Source: Caldicellulosiruptor hydrothermalis 108 (lineage in GTDB: Bacteria; Bacillota; Thermoanaerobacteria; Caldicellulosiruptorales; Caldicellulosiruptoraceae). From it: DNA of 32,000 nt. Position 1 is the first letter of the stretch. The number at the start of each line of letters is the position of its first letter. The stretch lies in NCBI RefSeq assembly GCF_000166355.1, contig NC_014652.1, positions 1,616,928 through 1,648,927 on the forward strand, read 5' to 3'. Positions 7,539-17,701 of this stretch are shown here, piece by piece. Under the pieces are notes generated by a model, which made no database searches, was not told the origin of the DNA, and saw only the letters and a list, made by a program, of their open reading frames with translations. Both the position numbers and the translations under genes were made by a program.

Positions 7539-7566
7539 AAGCTGGCTCAAAAACCAGCTTTTTTTA
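7539..7566 (+). terminator. Intrinsic terminator of the L-box leader
   Basis: AAGCTGG-ctcaaaaa-CCAGCTT followed by a T-run, located before the asd RBS (GAGGAGG at 7608..7614). Confidence 0.75.
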
Positions 7567-7625
7567 GTTTTACACAAACACATTGAAACACAACTTTAAT
7601 TTTTGAAGAGGAGGTTTACAGTAAA

Positions 7626-8627
7626 GTGGCAAAGAAAATCAGAATGGCAATAGTTGGCGCAACAGGCATGGTTGGAAGAACATTTTTAAAGGTTTTGGAA
7701 GAGAGAAATCTGCCGGTTGAAGAATATTTCCTCTTTGCATCAAGCAGGTCAGCAGGGACAAAAGTTGAGTTTATGGAAAGAGAATACACAGTTGAAGAGT
7801 TAAAAGAAGACTCATTTGACAGGGGCATTGACATTGCTTTGTTCTCTGCCGGTGCTTCAACATCTCTTCACTTTGCTCCAATTGCAGCATCAAAAGGCTG
7901 TATTGTAATTGACAACTCAAGTGCATGGCGTATGGAAAAGGATGTTCCTCTTGTTGTACCGGAGGTCAACCCTGAAGATATTAAATGGCACAAGGGAATT
8001 ATTGCAAACCCTAACTGTTCAACCATCCAGGCAGTTGTTGTTTTAAAACCTTTGCATGACAGGTACAAAATAAAAAGGATTGTGTACTCAACATACCAGG
8101 CAGTTTCAGGTGCAGGATATCAAGGATATTTGGATTTAGAAGAAGGATTAAAAGGTGCTCCGCCAAAGAAGTTCCCATACCCAATTGCAGGAAATGTTAT
8201 TCCTCATATTGACGTATTTTTAGAAAATGGATATACAAAAGAAGAGATGAAGATGATAAACGAGACAAGAAAGATTTTACATGATGACTCTATAAAGATT
8301 ACTGCAACAACTGTGAGAGTGCCTGTTTTCAACGGTCACAGCGAATCAATAAATGTGGAGTTCGAAAAGCAGTTTGATTTAGAAGAGTTAAAAGAAATTC
8401 TCAAGAGTGCTCCAGGCGTGGTTGTTCAGGACGACCCTGCAAATCTTTTATATCCGATGCCAATTTATGTTTCTGGAAAAGATGAAGTATATGTTGGAAG
8501 AATCAGAAGAGATGAGTCTGTTGAAAGTGGGGTCAATCTATGGGTTGTTGCAGACAATATAAGAAAAGGAGCAGCAACAAATGCTGTTCAGATAGCTGAA
8601 AAGGTAATAGAATATTTCTTTAGCTAA
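7626..8627 (+). CDS. asd: Aspartate-semialdehyde dehydrogenase
   Basis: 333-aa ORF with a GTG start. IVGATGMVGR NAD(P) fold, active-site NPNCSTIQ, and C-terminal ADNIRKGAA. Confidence 0.95.
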   Translation: MAKKIRMAIVGATGMVGRTFLKVLEERNLPVEEYFLFASSRSAGTKVEFMEREYTVEELKEDSFDRGIDIALFSAGASTSLHFAPIAASKGCIVIDNSSAWRMEKDVPLVVPEVNPEDIKWHKGIIANPNCSTIQAVVVLKPLHDRYKIKRIVYSTYQAVSGAGYQGYLDLEEGLKGAPPKKFPYPIAGNVIPHIDVFLENGYTKEEMKMINETRKILHDDSIKITATTVRVPVFNGHSESINVEFEKQFDLEELKEILKSAPGVVVQDDPANLLYPMPIYVSGKDEVYVGRIRRDESVESGVNLWVVADNIRKGAATNAVQIAEKVIEYFFS

Positions 8628-8681
8628 CTGAAAAGTGGCTATAATTAAAAAGTTTGAATAAATTGGGAGGTTTTATAGGCT

Positions 8682-9569
8682 ATGGCACTCTTTAAAGGTT
8701 CAGGTGTTGCCTTAATAACACCTTTTAAGGATGAAGAGAGTGTAGACTTTGAAACGCTTGGAAGACTTGTTGACTTTCATCTTGAACACAAGACAGATGC
8801 AATCATTGTATGTGGCACAACTGGAGAACCCTCAACAATGCCAGATGATGAGCATTTAGAAGTAATCAGATTTGTAATTGACAGGGTAGCTGGTAGAAAA
8901 CCTGTTATTGCTGGTGTTGGTAGCAATCACACAAAACATGCCGTTTATCTTTCCAAAAAAGCACAGGAGCTTGGTGCAGATGGTCTTTTGCATGTAACAC
9001 CATACTACAACAAGACAACTCAAAAAGGATTGATTGAACACTTTCAAAGAATAAATGAAGCTGTGTCAATTCCTATTATTGTTTACAACGTACCATCAAG
9101 AACAGGGCTAAATGTCTTACCAGAAACTATGAAAGAGCTTGCAAAACTGCCAAATATAAAAGCAATAAAAGAAGCAAGTGGCAACATCACACAGGTTGCT
9201 GAGATTGCTATGCTCTGTCCTGAAATTGATATCTATTCTGGAAACGACGACCAAATAGTACCCATTCTCTCTGTTGGTGGAATTGGCGTTATTTCAGTGC
9301 TGGCGAATATTCTACCTGATGAGACACATGACATTGTTGAATATTTCTTAAACGGTGAAATTGAAAAAGCAAGACAGCTTCAGCTAAAGCTTCTTCCAAT
9401 AATCAAAGCACTCTTTATTGAGGTAAACCCAATCCCTGTTAAAGAAGCTATGAACATGATGGGATTTAATGTCGGAAAACCAAGGCTGCCGCTTACTACT
9501 ATGACAGAAAAGAATAGAGAAATTCTCAAAAAAGCACTTGTTGACTATGGTATTTCGGTAAAGGAATGA
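8682..9569 (+). CDS. dapA: 4-hydroxy-tetrahydrodipicolinate synthase
   Basis: 295-aa ORF: [30 protein letters not shown] (Schiff-base Lys region). Confidence 0.95.
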   Translation: MALFKGSGVALITPFKDEESVDFETLGRLVDFHLEHKTDAIIVCGTTGEPSTMPDDEHLEVIRFVIDRVAGRKPVIAGVGSNHTKHAVYLSKKAQELGADGLLHVTPYYNKTTQKGLIEHFQRINEAVSIPIIVYNVPSRTGLNVLPETMKELAKLPNIKAIKEASGNITQVAEIAMLCPEIDIYSGNDDQIVPILSVGGIGVISVLANILPDETHDIVEYFLNGEIEKARQLQLKLLPIIKALFIEVNPIPVKEAMNMMGFNVGKPRLPLTTMTEKNREILKKALVDYGISVKE

Positions 9570-9606
9570 GAATAAAATAATAACAAGGATTGGATGTGAG
9601 ACACAA

Positions 9607-10365
9607 ATGATTAGCATTTTACTTAACGGTTGCAATGGTAAAATGGGTCAGGTTGTTAGCAGAGTTGCTAAGAACTATGATAATATCAAAATTGTTGCAG
9701 GGGTTGATTTAAATACAGCAAAAATCTTTGATTATCCGGTTTATAAAAGTCCTGAAGAAGTGGTTGAAAACTTTGATGTCATAATTGACTTTTCTCTTTC
9801 TGAAGCAACAATGAAAATACTTGAGTTTGCAAAGCAGAAAAACAAACCAGTTGTAATAGCAACAACAGGCTTTACATCTGAACAGAAATCCAAAATTTTT
9901 GAATGTTCAAAACAAATTCCTATTTTCTGGTCTGCCAATATGTCTTTGGGAGTAAATCTTGTTGCAGAGCTCATTCAAAAGGCTTACAAAGCTCTTGGTC
10001 CTTCATTTGATATTGAAATCATTGAAAAGCACCACAATCAGAAAATAGATTCACCTTCTGGCACAGCCCTTATGCTTGCTGATGCAATAAACGAGATTGC
10101 AAATAATTCTTATGAGTATATCTATGACAGGCATACAAGGAGAAAGAAAAGACAGCAAAACGAAATTGGAATTGCATCAATACGCGGTGGAACAATTGTG
10201 GGTGAGCACAGTGTTATTTTTGCCGGCCCTGATGAGATTATCGAGATAAAGCACACAGCACTTTCAAAAGAAATCTTTGCAAACGGGGCAATCAAGGCTG
10301 CAATGTTTATGATAGGCAAAGGCGCGGGTATATATAATATGAAAGATTTGATTAATTCAATGTGA
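9607..10365 (+). CDS. dapB: 4-hydroxy-tetrahydrodipicolinate reductase
   Basis: 252-aa ORF: NGCNGKMG, EIIEKHHNQKIDSPSGTA signature, GHSVIF-like EHSVIFAG. Confidence 0.93.
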   Translation: MISILLNGCNGKMGQVVSRVAKNYDNIKIVAGVDLNTAKIFDYPVYKSPEEVVENFDVIIDFSLSEATMKILEFAKQKNKPVVIATTGFTSEQKSKIFECSKQIPIFWSANMSLGVNLVAELIQKAYKALGPSFDIEIIEKHHNQKIDSPSGTALMLADAINEIANNSYEYIYDRHTRRKKRQQNEIGIASIRGGTIVGEHSVIFAGPDEIIEIKHTALSKEIFANGAIKAAMFMIGKGAGIYNMKDLINSM

Positions 10366-10377
10366 GGTGTTTTAAAT

Positions 10378-10845
10378 TTGAAGCCTGTGACAAATTTAAA
10401 TGTCACCCAGAACGTTGCAATGATAACCCTTGACAATGTCCCCAATAAAATTGATTTAATAGCCTCCATCTTTAATGAAGTGGCAAACCATGGAATAAAT
10501 ATTGATATGATAAGCCAAACAGCACCCTATAAAGGAAGTATAAATTTATCATTTAGCCTTGACGAAGAAAACGTACCAAAGGCAATATCAGCACTCAGCA
10601 AGTTCAAAAAAGAGATCCCTCACCTGAGAATTGATATCGTGTCGGGCTTGAGCAAGCTTTCTATCTTTGGTGAGGCAATGAAAGACATTCCGGGCGTTGC
10701 AGCATCACTTTTCACCACTTTGGCTGAAGCAGGTGTTGAGCTTAAGATGGTAACAACAAGTGAGGTTGACATATCATATTTGATTGACCAGAAAGATGAG
10801 GAAAAAGCTGTTCAGATTATAAAAGAAAGATTTGATTTAAAGTAG
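10378..10845 (+). CDS. Stand-alone tandem-ACT-domain protein resembling the regulatory (beta) part of aspartokinase
   Basis: 155-aa ORF with a TTG start and a GAGGTG RBS 8 nt upstream. INIDMISQ, KLSIFGEAMKDIPGVAA and TTSEVDISYLI match the C-terminal ACT pair of LysC-type aspartokinases. No kinase domain is present. Confidence 0.8.
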   Translation: MKPVTNLNVTQNVAMITLDNVPNKIDLIASIFNEVANHGINIDMISQTAPYKGSINLSFSLDEENVPKAISALSKFKKEIPHLRIDIVSGLSKLSIFGEAMKDIPGVAASLFTTLAEAGVELKMVTTSEVDISYLIDQKDEEKAVQIIKERFDLK

Positions 10846-10856
10846 GTTGTGTGCAT

Positions 10857-10900
10857 GCTGCCCAAAACTGCCTTTGAAGTTGGGGCAGCTTATTTTTTTT
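10857..10900 (+). terminator. Intrinsic terminator ending the asd-dapA-dapB-ACT operon
   Basis: GCTGCCCAA...TTGGGGCAGC stem followed by TTATTTTTTTT. Confidence 0.75.
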
Positions 10901-10907
10901 GACAGTA

Positions 10908-10936
10908 TTGAATTTTGGTCTTCCACTTAGTATTAT
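10908..10936 (+). promoter_or_regulatory. Candidate promoter for reverse gyrase
   Basis: TTGAAT (10908..10913), a 17-nt spacer, then TATTAT (10931..10936). Confidence 0.4.
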
Positions 10937-10982
10937 TGAAAAATAGAAGTGTTTAAAACTTAAACATCAGGAGGAATGCTGA

Positions 10983-13900
10983 TTGGCAACAGGAGCAAAA
11001 TACTATCACTCTTGCATAAATTGTGGTGGGATAAATACAGATACAAGAAACGAAAAAGGACTCCCATGCGAGGAGTGTCTGGCACAAGAGCAGCTTAATG
11101 AAAATATATTTGAGTCATTAAAAAAGAAAGGGTCCTTGAAACATTACCAACTATACTGGAATTTTCAGCAAATCTATAGTATGTTTGAAAAGTTTTTTGA
11201 GCTTATTTTCCACAAACCCATGACGGGATACCAAAGAACATGGGCAAGACGGTTTTTGCTTTCAAAAAGCTTCACGCTTGTTGCCCCAACAGGAGTTGGT
11301 AAAACCACTTTTGGACTTGTAGCAAGCCTTTTTTCAGCGCTACATGGTAAAAAATCAGCGCTTGTATTCCCCACAATCTCACTTGCCCAGCAGTCTTTTG
11401 AAAGACTCAACCAATTTAAATCAAAAATCCAAAACGCAGATGCCATTCGTATCTTGTTATTTAACTCTTCCATGACAAAGAGCGAAAAGGAAGAGTTTGA
11501 GCAAAGGTTTTTATCTCAAGATTTTGAAATACTCATTGTATCTTCTCAGTTTATTTCAAAAAGAAAAGATGTTCTCTCAAAAATGTTTTTTGACCTTGTA
11601 TTTGTAGATGATGTAGACGCTATTTTGAAATCTTCAAAGAACATCGATACACTACTTCAGATGATAGGCTTTTCAGAAGATGAGATTGAAAAAGCAACCG
11701 AAAGATTGAGAAGCAAAAATAAAGAAAATGGGCAAGATACAGTTTCAAATGGTTCTAAAAATAAGGGAATGCTCATAGTATCCTCAGCAACAGCAAAGCC
11801 GCAGGGATTAAAGCCTCTTCTCTTCAGAGAACTCTTGGGTTTTGAAATTGGCAGATTTACATTTAATATAAGAAATATAACCAATATAAGAATCAAAAAT
11901 AAGTCAAATGAAAAATTGCTTGAAATAATCAATATCTTAAAAGATGGTATACTTCTGTTTGTCAACACTGAGGAAGAAGGAAAAGAAATTGTTAAATTTC
12001 TTTTAGAAAATGGTATTAAAATTGGAGCTACATGGAATGATTTTGAGAAGGAGTTTGAATTTTTCAAAGAAGGAAAGTTGAATGTCATCTGTGGCGTTTC
12101 TTCTTACTATGGAAAGCTAATAAGAGGAATTGACTTACCTTCACGCATAAAATACTGTATCTTTTGGGAAACACCTTGTTTTAGATTTTTGATTGACATG
12201 GATAAAGCTCCTCGATTTGTACTTGAAAGGGTCTTTGTTGAATACCTTGATAATCATCCTAAGCTTAAGGAATATTTTAAAAACGTTGAGTACTTACAAA
12301 CAGAAAAGCTTAGACAGCTTGTTTCAAAATATATATCTTATGAAGATTACAGCAAAATTGTAAACAAAATATTCTCGCACCTGAAATTAACCGACGATGG
12401 TAAATTAATTATTCCAGACGTTCCAACATACATCCAGGGTTCTGGAAGAACCTCGAGAATGTTTGGAATGAACCTGACAAAAGGAGTTTCAATTCTTTTT
12501 GAAGAAGATGATACTATTTTTGAGAGTTTAAAGTCACGACTTATGTTTTTGCTTGATGAGGAATGGATTGACGAAAGCGAAGTAAATCTTGAAAGTCTAA
12601 TAATGGAGGTAGAAGAAAGCCGAAAAAGCCGAAATGAAGATTTTAACGTAAACGACACAAAATCAAGACTTATGATAGTTGAATCCCCAACAAAAGCTGA
12701 TACAATATCAAAATTCTTGGAGAAAGCCTCAACAAGAAGATATGGTAAACTTTCTGTATATGAATCGATAACACCGGAAGGAATTTTGCTTATCACTGCA
12801 TCAAAAGGGCATGTGTACGACCTTGAGACAAAAAAAGGGCTGCACGGTGTTGAGTACCATGATGGAAAATTCATTCCCTATTACAACTCTATTAAACGCT
12901 GCATGAAATGCAATACACAATTTACAGATGAGCTTGATAGCTGTCCCAAATGCGCATCCAATACAATTGATGATAAAAAAGAAATCTTAAAAACATTGCG
13001 TGAGCTTGCGCTTGAGGTTGACGAAGTATTGATTGCAACAGACCCTGATGTTGAAGGAGAAAAGATATCATGGGACATTTCACAGTATATAAAGCCTGCA
13101 AATAGTAATATCAAAAGAATTGAAATGCATGAAATTACACGCTATGGTCTTGACAGTGCCTTGAAAAACCCACGACAGTTCAACACAAACCTTGTAAAAT
13201 CTCAAATTGTGCGAAGAATAGAAGATAGATGGATAGGATTTGAGCTTTCTTCAAAGCTTCAAGAAAACTTTAAAAGTTACAATCTTTCTGCTGGGCGCGT
13301 GCAGTCAACCATCCTTGGCTGGATTGTTGAAAGAGAAAAGGAATATGCAAAAAGTGAAAGAACATTTACCCTTTTAAAACTTGAAAATGGATATAGTCTT
13401 GAAATTGAAGGAGAAGAAGAGTGCGAAAGAGTAAAAGCAGAAGTTGTTGATCAGAAAATAGAAGAAATACCTGCACCTGCCCCATTTTCGACTTCTTCTT
13501 TGTTATCCTTAGCTTCACAGAAATTAAATTTGGGTGTGCAGCAAATAATGGAGATTTTGCAGTTTTTGTTTGAGCACGGCTTTATCACTTATCACAGAAC
13601 AGACTCAACAAGGATTTCAGCAACAGGCCAGAACATTGCAAGAATGTTTTTGGAAAAGGTGGGTAAAAAAGAATTGTTTTTACCAAGAAGTGTTGGAGAT
13701 GAAGGTGCTCATGAAGCAATAAGACCTGTAAAACCTATATCACCTGAGGAACTAAAAGAGCTTGCCTATGAAAAATATGCACAGGGTATATCACAAAATC
13801 ACATAAAAGTTTATCAGCTCATTTTCAACAGGTTTATGAGCAGCCAAATGAAAAATCCTAAGGTTTTGGTTCAAAAAGTACATTTTAGAATCAATGATAT

Positions 13901-14351
13901 TGAAATTGTCAAGGACATCCCTGTAAAAATAGAAGAAGAGGGCTGGCTGGAATTTCTTCCTATGCAGATTTACCCTTTGTTTGAAAATAAGGACTACAGC
14001 ATCACTGACAAGCGAAGTTATAAAAAACATACTATTCAGCTTTATACCCAGGCAAGCCTTATTGACGAAATGAAACAGAAAAACATAGGAAGGCCTTCAA
14101 CATATGCAAAGATGGTAGAAACACTTTTCAAAAGAGGGTATGTTTTTGAAGATAGCTTTAGAAGAATAAGGTCAACATCGCTTGGTAAGAAGGTATATTC
14201 TTATCTTTCACAAAAATATGGTGAATACGTAAATGAGCAAACCACACGCGAGCTTGAAAAGCTCATGGACATAGTAGAAGAGGGAAAAAGAGATTACCAG
14301 GAGATTTTACAAGAACTTTACAATGATATAAGTGTACTTTTAAACAAGTAA
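10983..14351 (+). CDS. rgy: Reverse gyrase (SF2 helicase-like domain fused to a type IA topoisomerase)
   Basis: 1122-aa ORF with a TTG start and a GGAGG RBS 8 nt upstream. N-terminal zinc finger CINCGG..CEEC. Helicase motifs APTGVGKT, DDVD, SSATA, QGSGRTSR. TOPRIM IVESPTKA and DPDVEGE. Second zinc ribbon CMKC..CPKC. Topo IA active-site Tyr in ITYHRTDS. Confidence 0.96.
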   Translation: MATGAKYYHSCINCGGINTDTRNEKGLPCEECLAQEQLNENIFESLKKKGSLKHYQLYWNFQQIYSMFEKFFELIFHKPMTGYQRTWARRFLLSKSFTLVAPTGVGKTTFGLVASLFSALHGKKSALVFPTISLAQQSFERLNQFKSKIQNADAIRILLFNSSMTKSEKEEFEQRFLSQDFEILIVSSQFISKRKDVLSKMFFDLVFVDDVDAILKSSKNIDTLLQMIGFSEDEIEKATERLRSKNKENGQDTVSNGSKNKGMLIVSSATAKPQGLKPLLFRELLGFEIGRFTFNIRNITNIRIKNKSNEKLLEIINILKDGILLFVNTEEEGKEIVKFLLENGIKIGATWNDFEKEFEFFKEGKLNVICGVSSYYGKLIRGIDLPSRIKYCIFWETPCFRFLIDMDKAPRFVLERVFVEYLDNHPKLKEYFKNVEYLQTEKLRQLVSKYISYEDYSKIVNKIFSHLKLTDDGKLIIPDVPTYIQGSGRTSRMFGMNLTKGVSILFEEDDTIFESLKSRLMFLLDEEWIDESEVNLESLIMEVEESRKSRNEDFNVNDTKSRLMIVESPTKADTISKFLEKASTRRYGKLSVYESITPEGILLITASKGHVYDLETKKGLHGVEYHDGKFIPYYNSIKRCMKCNTQFTDELDSCPKCASNTIDDKKEILKTLRELALEVDEVLIATDPDVEGEKISWDISQYIKPANSNIKRIEMHEITRYGLDSALKNPRQFNTNLVKSQIVRRIEDRWIGFELSSKLQENFKSYNLSAGRVQSTILGWIVEREKEYAKSERTFTLLKLENGYSLEIEGEEECERVKAEVVDQKIEEIPAPAPFSTSSLLSLASQKLNLGVQQIMEILQFLFEHGFITYHRTDSTRISATGQNIARMFLEKVGKKELFLPRSVGDEGAHEAIRPVKPISPEELKELAYEKYAQGISQNHIKVYQLIFNRFMSSQMKNPKVLVQKVHFRINDIEIVKDIPVKIEEEGWLEFLPMQIYPLFENKDYSITDKRSYKKHTIQLYTQASLIDEMKQKNIGRPSTYAKMVETLFKRGYVFEDSFRRIRSTSLGKKVYSYLSQKYGEYVNEQTTRELEKLMDIVEEGKRDYQEILQELYNDISVLLNK

Positions 14352-14439
14352 AAAAGATTGTGTTTTTTGCCTGTTTAATATTGGGTAAAAATATATTAGA
14401 AACACAAAAGCAATCTTAGTTTACTTAAAAGAGGAGGTA

Positions 14440-16161
14440 TTGGTTTTGTTTAAGAATGTTAAAATAAGAACCAAGCTTGTTTTTCTCTTTTCTTTTATCT
14501 TTTTAGCTTTTATCATCACCTTAGAAGCTTATATCATCCCCTCTGTCATGACAACCATTGAAAATCAGGTAAAAAATAAACTGAAAAATATTGTTCAAGT
14601 AGCAGTTTCTATTTGCGAAAATGAGCATAAATTACAACAATCTGGTAAAAAATCGCAGCAGCAAGCTCAAGATACTGCAAAAGAGATAATTAGAAACCTA
14701 AGGTACAACACTACAGACTATATATGGATAAATGACTTGCAACCAAAAATGGTTATGCATCCTTTCAACAAAGAATTAGAAGGACAAGATTTGAGCAATT
14801 ACAAAGACCCAACAGGATTTAAACTTTTTGTCGCAATGGTTGATATTGTTAAGAAAAAAGGAGAAGGATTTGTAAAGTATCAATGGGAAAAACCCAATAC
14901 AAAAAAGCTCTACCCGAAAATGTCATATGTAGCATTGTTCAAACCATGGGGCTGGGTACTTGGTACAGGTATTTACATAGACGACTTGGTTGAATATCAA
15001 AACAAGATTAAAATGACCATTAGGTTAATCGCAGGTTTAATACTTTTGATAGCCATGCTTCTCATCTTCACAATAACATTATCACTTGGTCGAAGGCTTT
15101 CACAGGTTGAAAAGATGGCAGATCTACTTTCGCATTTTGACCTGTCTAAGACAGATGAACTTAAAACTATCAGCTCAGATGAAATTGGAAAGGTAACGAG
15201 TGCCTTTATTATGATGAGTAAAAATCTAAAGGATATGATAAAACAAATAAAAGATGTTGCAAGTTCAGTTTTAGATGCTGCAAAGGAGCTTACATCTGCA
15301 TCAAGTGAGATTGCAAATGTGTCAGAGCAAATAGCACTTGCAATTTCGGATGTTGCAAAGGGAAGCTCTGAACAGGCAAGCTCAATTGAAAAGTCAAGTG
15401 AGAAGCTATCTTTCCTCTCAAATTCTGTACAGGACATTTATGAAAAAATGAAAGAGGCTTACTCTTCAGTCCAAGCTGTACATCAGACAATCAACTATGG
15501 GCAGGAGTTAATCTTATCCCAGGAACAAAACATGAACAGCGTAAAAGAAATATGGCAAGATGTGCAAAATATTATGACAAGATTTTCTGAGATGAGCAAT
15601 GAAATTGTTAAGATAACCTCTTTCATAACAAACCTTTCAAAAGAGATAAACCTTCTTGCTTTGAATGCATCAATTGAGGCGTCAAGAGCTGGTGAGGCTG
15701 GCAAAGGTTTTATGGTGGTTGCAAATGAGATAAGAAAACTTTCCGAGCAGACATCAACCTCTGCAAAACAAATAGGAACGCTCTTAAAGGATATTTACGA
15801 AAATATCCAAACAATTTCTAATCAATTTGAAGTGTTTAACAAGACATTAGAAACCCAAGATAACATAACAAAACAGACCAAAGAGGTTTACTTACAAATT
15901 TTGCAGTTCTCAAAAGACTTAATTGAAATGATAAATAACGTGACAAAAAGTGCAGAAATAGCAAGCAGTAGCATCTCTGCAATATCTCAAGAAATTGCTA
16001 ACATTGCAAGTATCGCTCAAGAAACTGCCGCTGCAACCCAGCAAACTGCCGCATCAACAGAAGAACAAACTGCAACAGCTCAGACAATTGCATCAACAAT
16101 GAAAAACTTAGAAAACTTGGCTCAGCAAATGGCCAAAAAAGTTGAAATATTTAAGATATAG
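14440..16161 (+). CDS. Methyl-accepting chemotaxis protein with an sCache_2-like periplasmic sensor, HAMP and MCP signalling domain
   Basis: 573-aa ORF. The more likely start is the TTG at 14446, 8 nt after GGAGG. Two TM segments flank a Cache-like module ([33 protein letters not shown]). The highly conserved MCP hairpin is [37 protein letters not shown]. Confidence 0.9.
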   Translation: MVLFKNVKIRTKLVFLFSFIFLAFIITLEAYIIPSVMTTIENQVKNKLKNIVQVAVSICENEHKLQQSGKKSQQQAQDTAKEIIRNLRYNTTDYIWINDLQPKMVMHPFNKELEGQDLSNYKDPTGFKLFVAMVDIVKKKGEGFVKYQWEKPNTKKLYPKMSYVALFKPWGWVLGTGIYIDDLVEYQNKIKMTIRLIAGLILLIAMLLIFTITLSLGRRLSQVEKMADLLSHFDLSKTDELKTISSDEIGKVTSAFIMMSKNLKDMIKQIKDVASSVLDAAKELTSASSEIANVSEQIALAISDVAKGSSEQASSIEKSSEKLSFLSNSVQDIYEKMKEAYSSVQAVHQTINYGQELILSQEQNMNSVKEIWQDVQNIMTRFSEMSNEIVKITSFITNLSKEINLLALNASIEASRAGEAGKGFMVVANEIRKLSEQTSTSAKQIGTLLKDIYENIQTISNQFEVFNKTLETQDNITKQTKEVYLQILQFSKDLIEMINNVTKSAEIASSSISAISQEIANIASIAQETAAATQQTAASTEEQTATAQTIASTMKNLENLAQQMAKKVEIFKI

Positions 16162-16175
16162 AAATTTAAAAAATT

Positions 16176-16210
16176 GGGGACTTTTACCTTCAAAGGTAAA
16201 AGTCCCTCTT
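16176..16210. terminator. Bidirectional intrinsic terminator between the convergent MCP and purB genes
   Basis: GGGACTTTTACCTT / AAGGTAAAAGTCCC, a near-perfect 14-nt inverted repeat flanked by an A-rich tract on the left and a T-tract on the right. Confidence 0.8.
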
Positions 16211-17641
16211 TTATATATTAACATGCGATTCAAAATTAAGCTCATTTTTATATTTTTCAAGTATTGGTTTGACATATTCATCGTAATACTCTTGCACCTG
16301 CGAAGGTGCCCTTCCCACAAACTTCTTGGGGTCTAAAATAACCTCAATCTCCTCTTTTGAAAGTTTAAAACTTGGGTCATTTGAAATAAGCTCTATAAGA
16401 TTATTTTCTTTCCCAAACTCTTTGACATTTCTTCCAGCTTCCATGGAATACTTTCTTATTCTCTCATGCAAATCCTGCCTGTCACCGCCACGCTTTACAG
16501 CTTCCATCAATATATTCTCTGTTGCCATAAACGGAAGCTCTTGCTGTATATGCCTTTCTATCATCTTTTCATACACAACAAGTCCACTTGCTACATTGTG
16601 GTAAAGATTCAATATGCTATCTACCGCCAAAAAGGCTTCTGGGATTGATATTCTTCTGTTTGCCGAATCATCCAATGTTCTTTCAAGCCACTGAACAGAT
16701 GCTGTAAACAGCGGATTTTGAATATTCACCATGACATATCTTGCCAAGGCACAGATTCTTTCACTTCTCATAGGATTTCTCTTGTACGCCATTGCAGATG
16801 AACCAACTTGAGTTTTCTCAAAGGGCTCTTCAACTTCCTTTAAGTGTTGCAAAAGTCTTATATCGTTTGCAAACTTGTAACTGCTTTGCGCAATTGAAGC
16901 TAAAACTGATAAGACCTGAAAATCATATTTTCGAGGATATGTTTGGGATGTCAGCGGAAAACTTTTTTCAAACCCCATCTTTTTGCATACAAGCTTGTCA
17001 AGCATCTTGACCTTTTCTTCATCACCATCAAAAAGTGCCATAAAACTTGCTTGAGTGCCAGTTGTCCCTTTTACTCCTCTCAGATAAGTATGTTCCATAA
17101 CATACTCCAAAAACTCTAAATCCATAACCAAATCTTGAACCCAGAGCATTGCTCTTTTACCTACAGTTGTCAGCTGTGCAGGCTGAAAATGCGTAAATCC
17201 AAGGGTAGGCATATCTTTATACTTTAGAGCAAAGTCGGACAAAACCTTTATGCAGTTTACAAGTTTCTTTCTGATAAGTTTTAACGCTTCGTACATAATG
17301 ATAATATCTGCGTTGTCTGTGACAAAACAGCTTGTTGCACCAAGATGAATTATTGGTCTTGCCTTTTTGGCCTGCTCGCCAAACGCATGGATATGCGCCA
17401 TCACATCGTGCCTGAGCTCTTTTTCTTTTTGCCTTGCTACTTCATAGTTTATATCTTCCGCATATCTTTTCATTTCTTCAATCTGCTCATCTGTAATATC
17501 AAGACCGAGCTCTTTTTGTGCCTCTGCCAGTGCAATCCAAAGTTTGCGCCAAAGCTTAAAACGTGTATCGTTTGAAAAAAGCCTTTTCATCTCATCACTT
17601 GCATATCTTGAATTTAGTGGTGTCTCATAAATATCGTTCAC
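16211..17641 (-). CDS. purB: Adenylosuccinate lyase
   Basis: 476-aa ORF with a GTG start. The fumarate-lyase signature is [15 protein letters not shown]. Confidence 0.95.
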   Translation of the reverse strand: MNDIYETPLNSRYASDEMKRLFSNDTRFKLWRKLWIALAEAQKELGLDITDEQIEEMKRYAEDINYEVARQKEKELRHDVMAHIHAFGEQAKKARPIIHLGATSCFVTDNADIIIMYEALKLIRKKLVNCIKVLSDFALKYKDMPTLGFTHFQPAQLTTVGKRAMLWVQDLVMDLEFLEYVMEHTYLRGVKGTTGTQASFMALFDGDEEKVKMLDKLVCKKMGFEKSFPLTSQTYPRKYDFQVLSVLASIAQSSYKFANDIRLLQHLKEVEEPFEKTQVGSSAMAYKRNPMRSERICALARYVMVNIQNPLFTASVQWLERTLDDSANRRISIPEAFLAVDSILNLYHNVASGLVVYEKMIERHIQQELPFMATENILMEAVKRGGDRQDLHERIRKYSMEAGRNVKEFGKENNLIELISNDPSFKLSKEEIEVILDPKKFVGRAPSQVQEYYDEYVKPILEKYKNELNFESHVNI

Positions 17642-17701
17642 CTTACTTCACATCCCCATTACTTATCAATTCTTTAGCATTTGATACCATATATTATACT
17701 A

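Noticed and set aside
11174-14030. Minus-strand ORFs within reverse gyrase (11174..11473, 11657..12088, 12347..12874, 12881..13114, 13791..14030), and the possibility of a split or intein-containing rgy
   Set aside because: The plus-strand frame is uninterrupted over 1122 codons with all helicase and topoisomerase motifs in order. No intein-like block (no extra Cys/Ser...HN insertion) is apparent. The minus ORFs are S/F/I-rich antisense artefacts.
14997-15704. Minus-strand ORFs antisense to the MCP (14997..15437, 15290..15490, 15495..15704)
   Set aside because: They are antisense to the A/S/E/Q-rich heptad region of the MCP, which naturally leaves long open antisense frames. They have no independent signals.
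16108-16336. Small ORFs 16108..16320 (-) and 16142..16336 (+) across the MCP/purB junction
   Set aside because: They span the bidirectional terminator hairpin and overlap the ends of two well-supported genes. The peptides are low-complexity.
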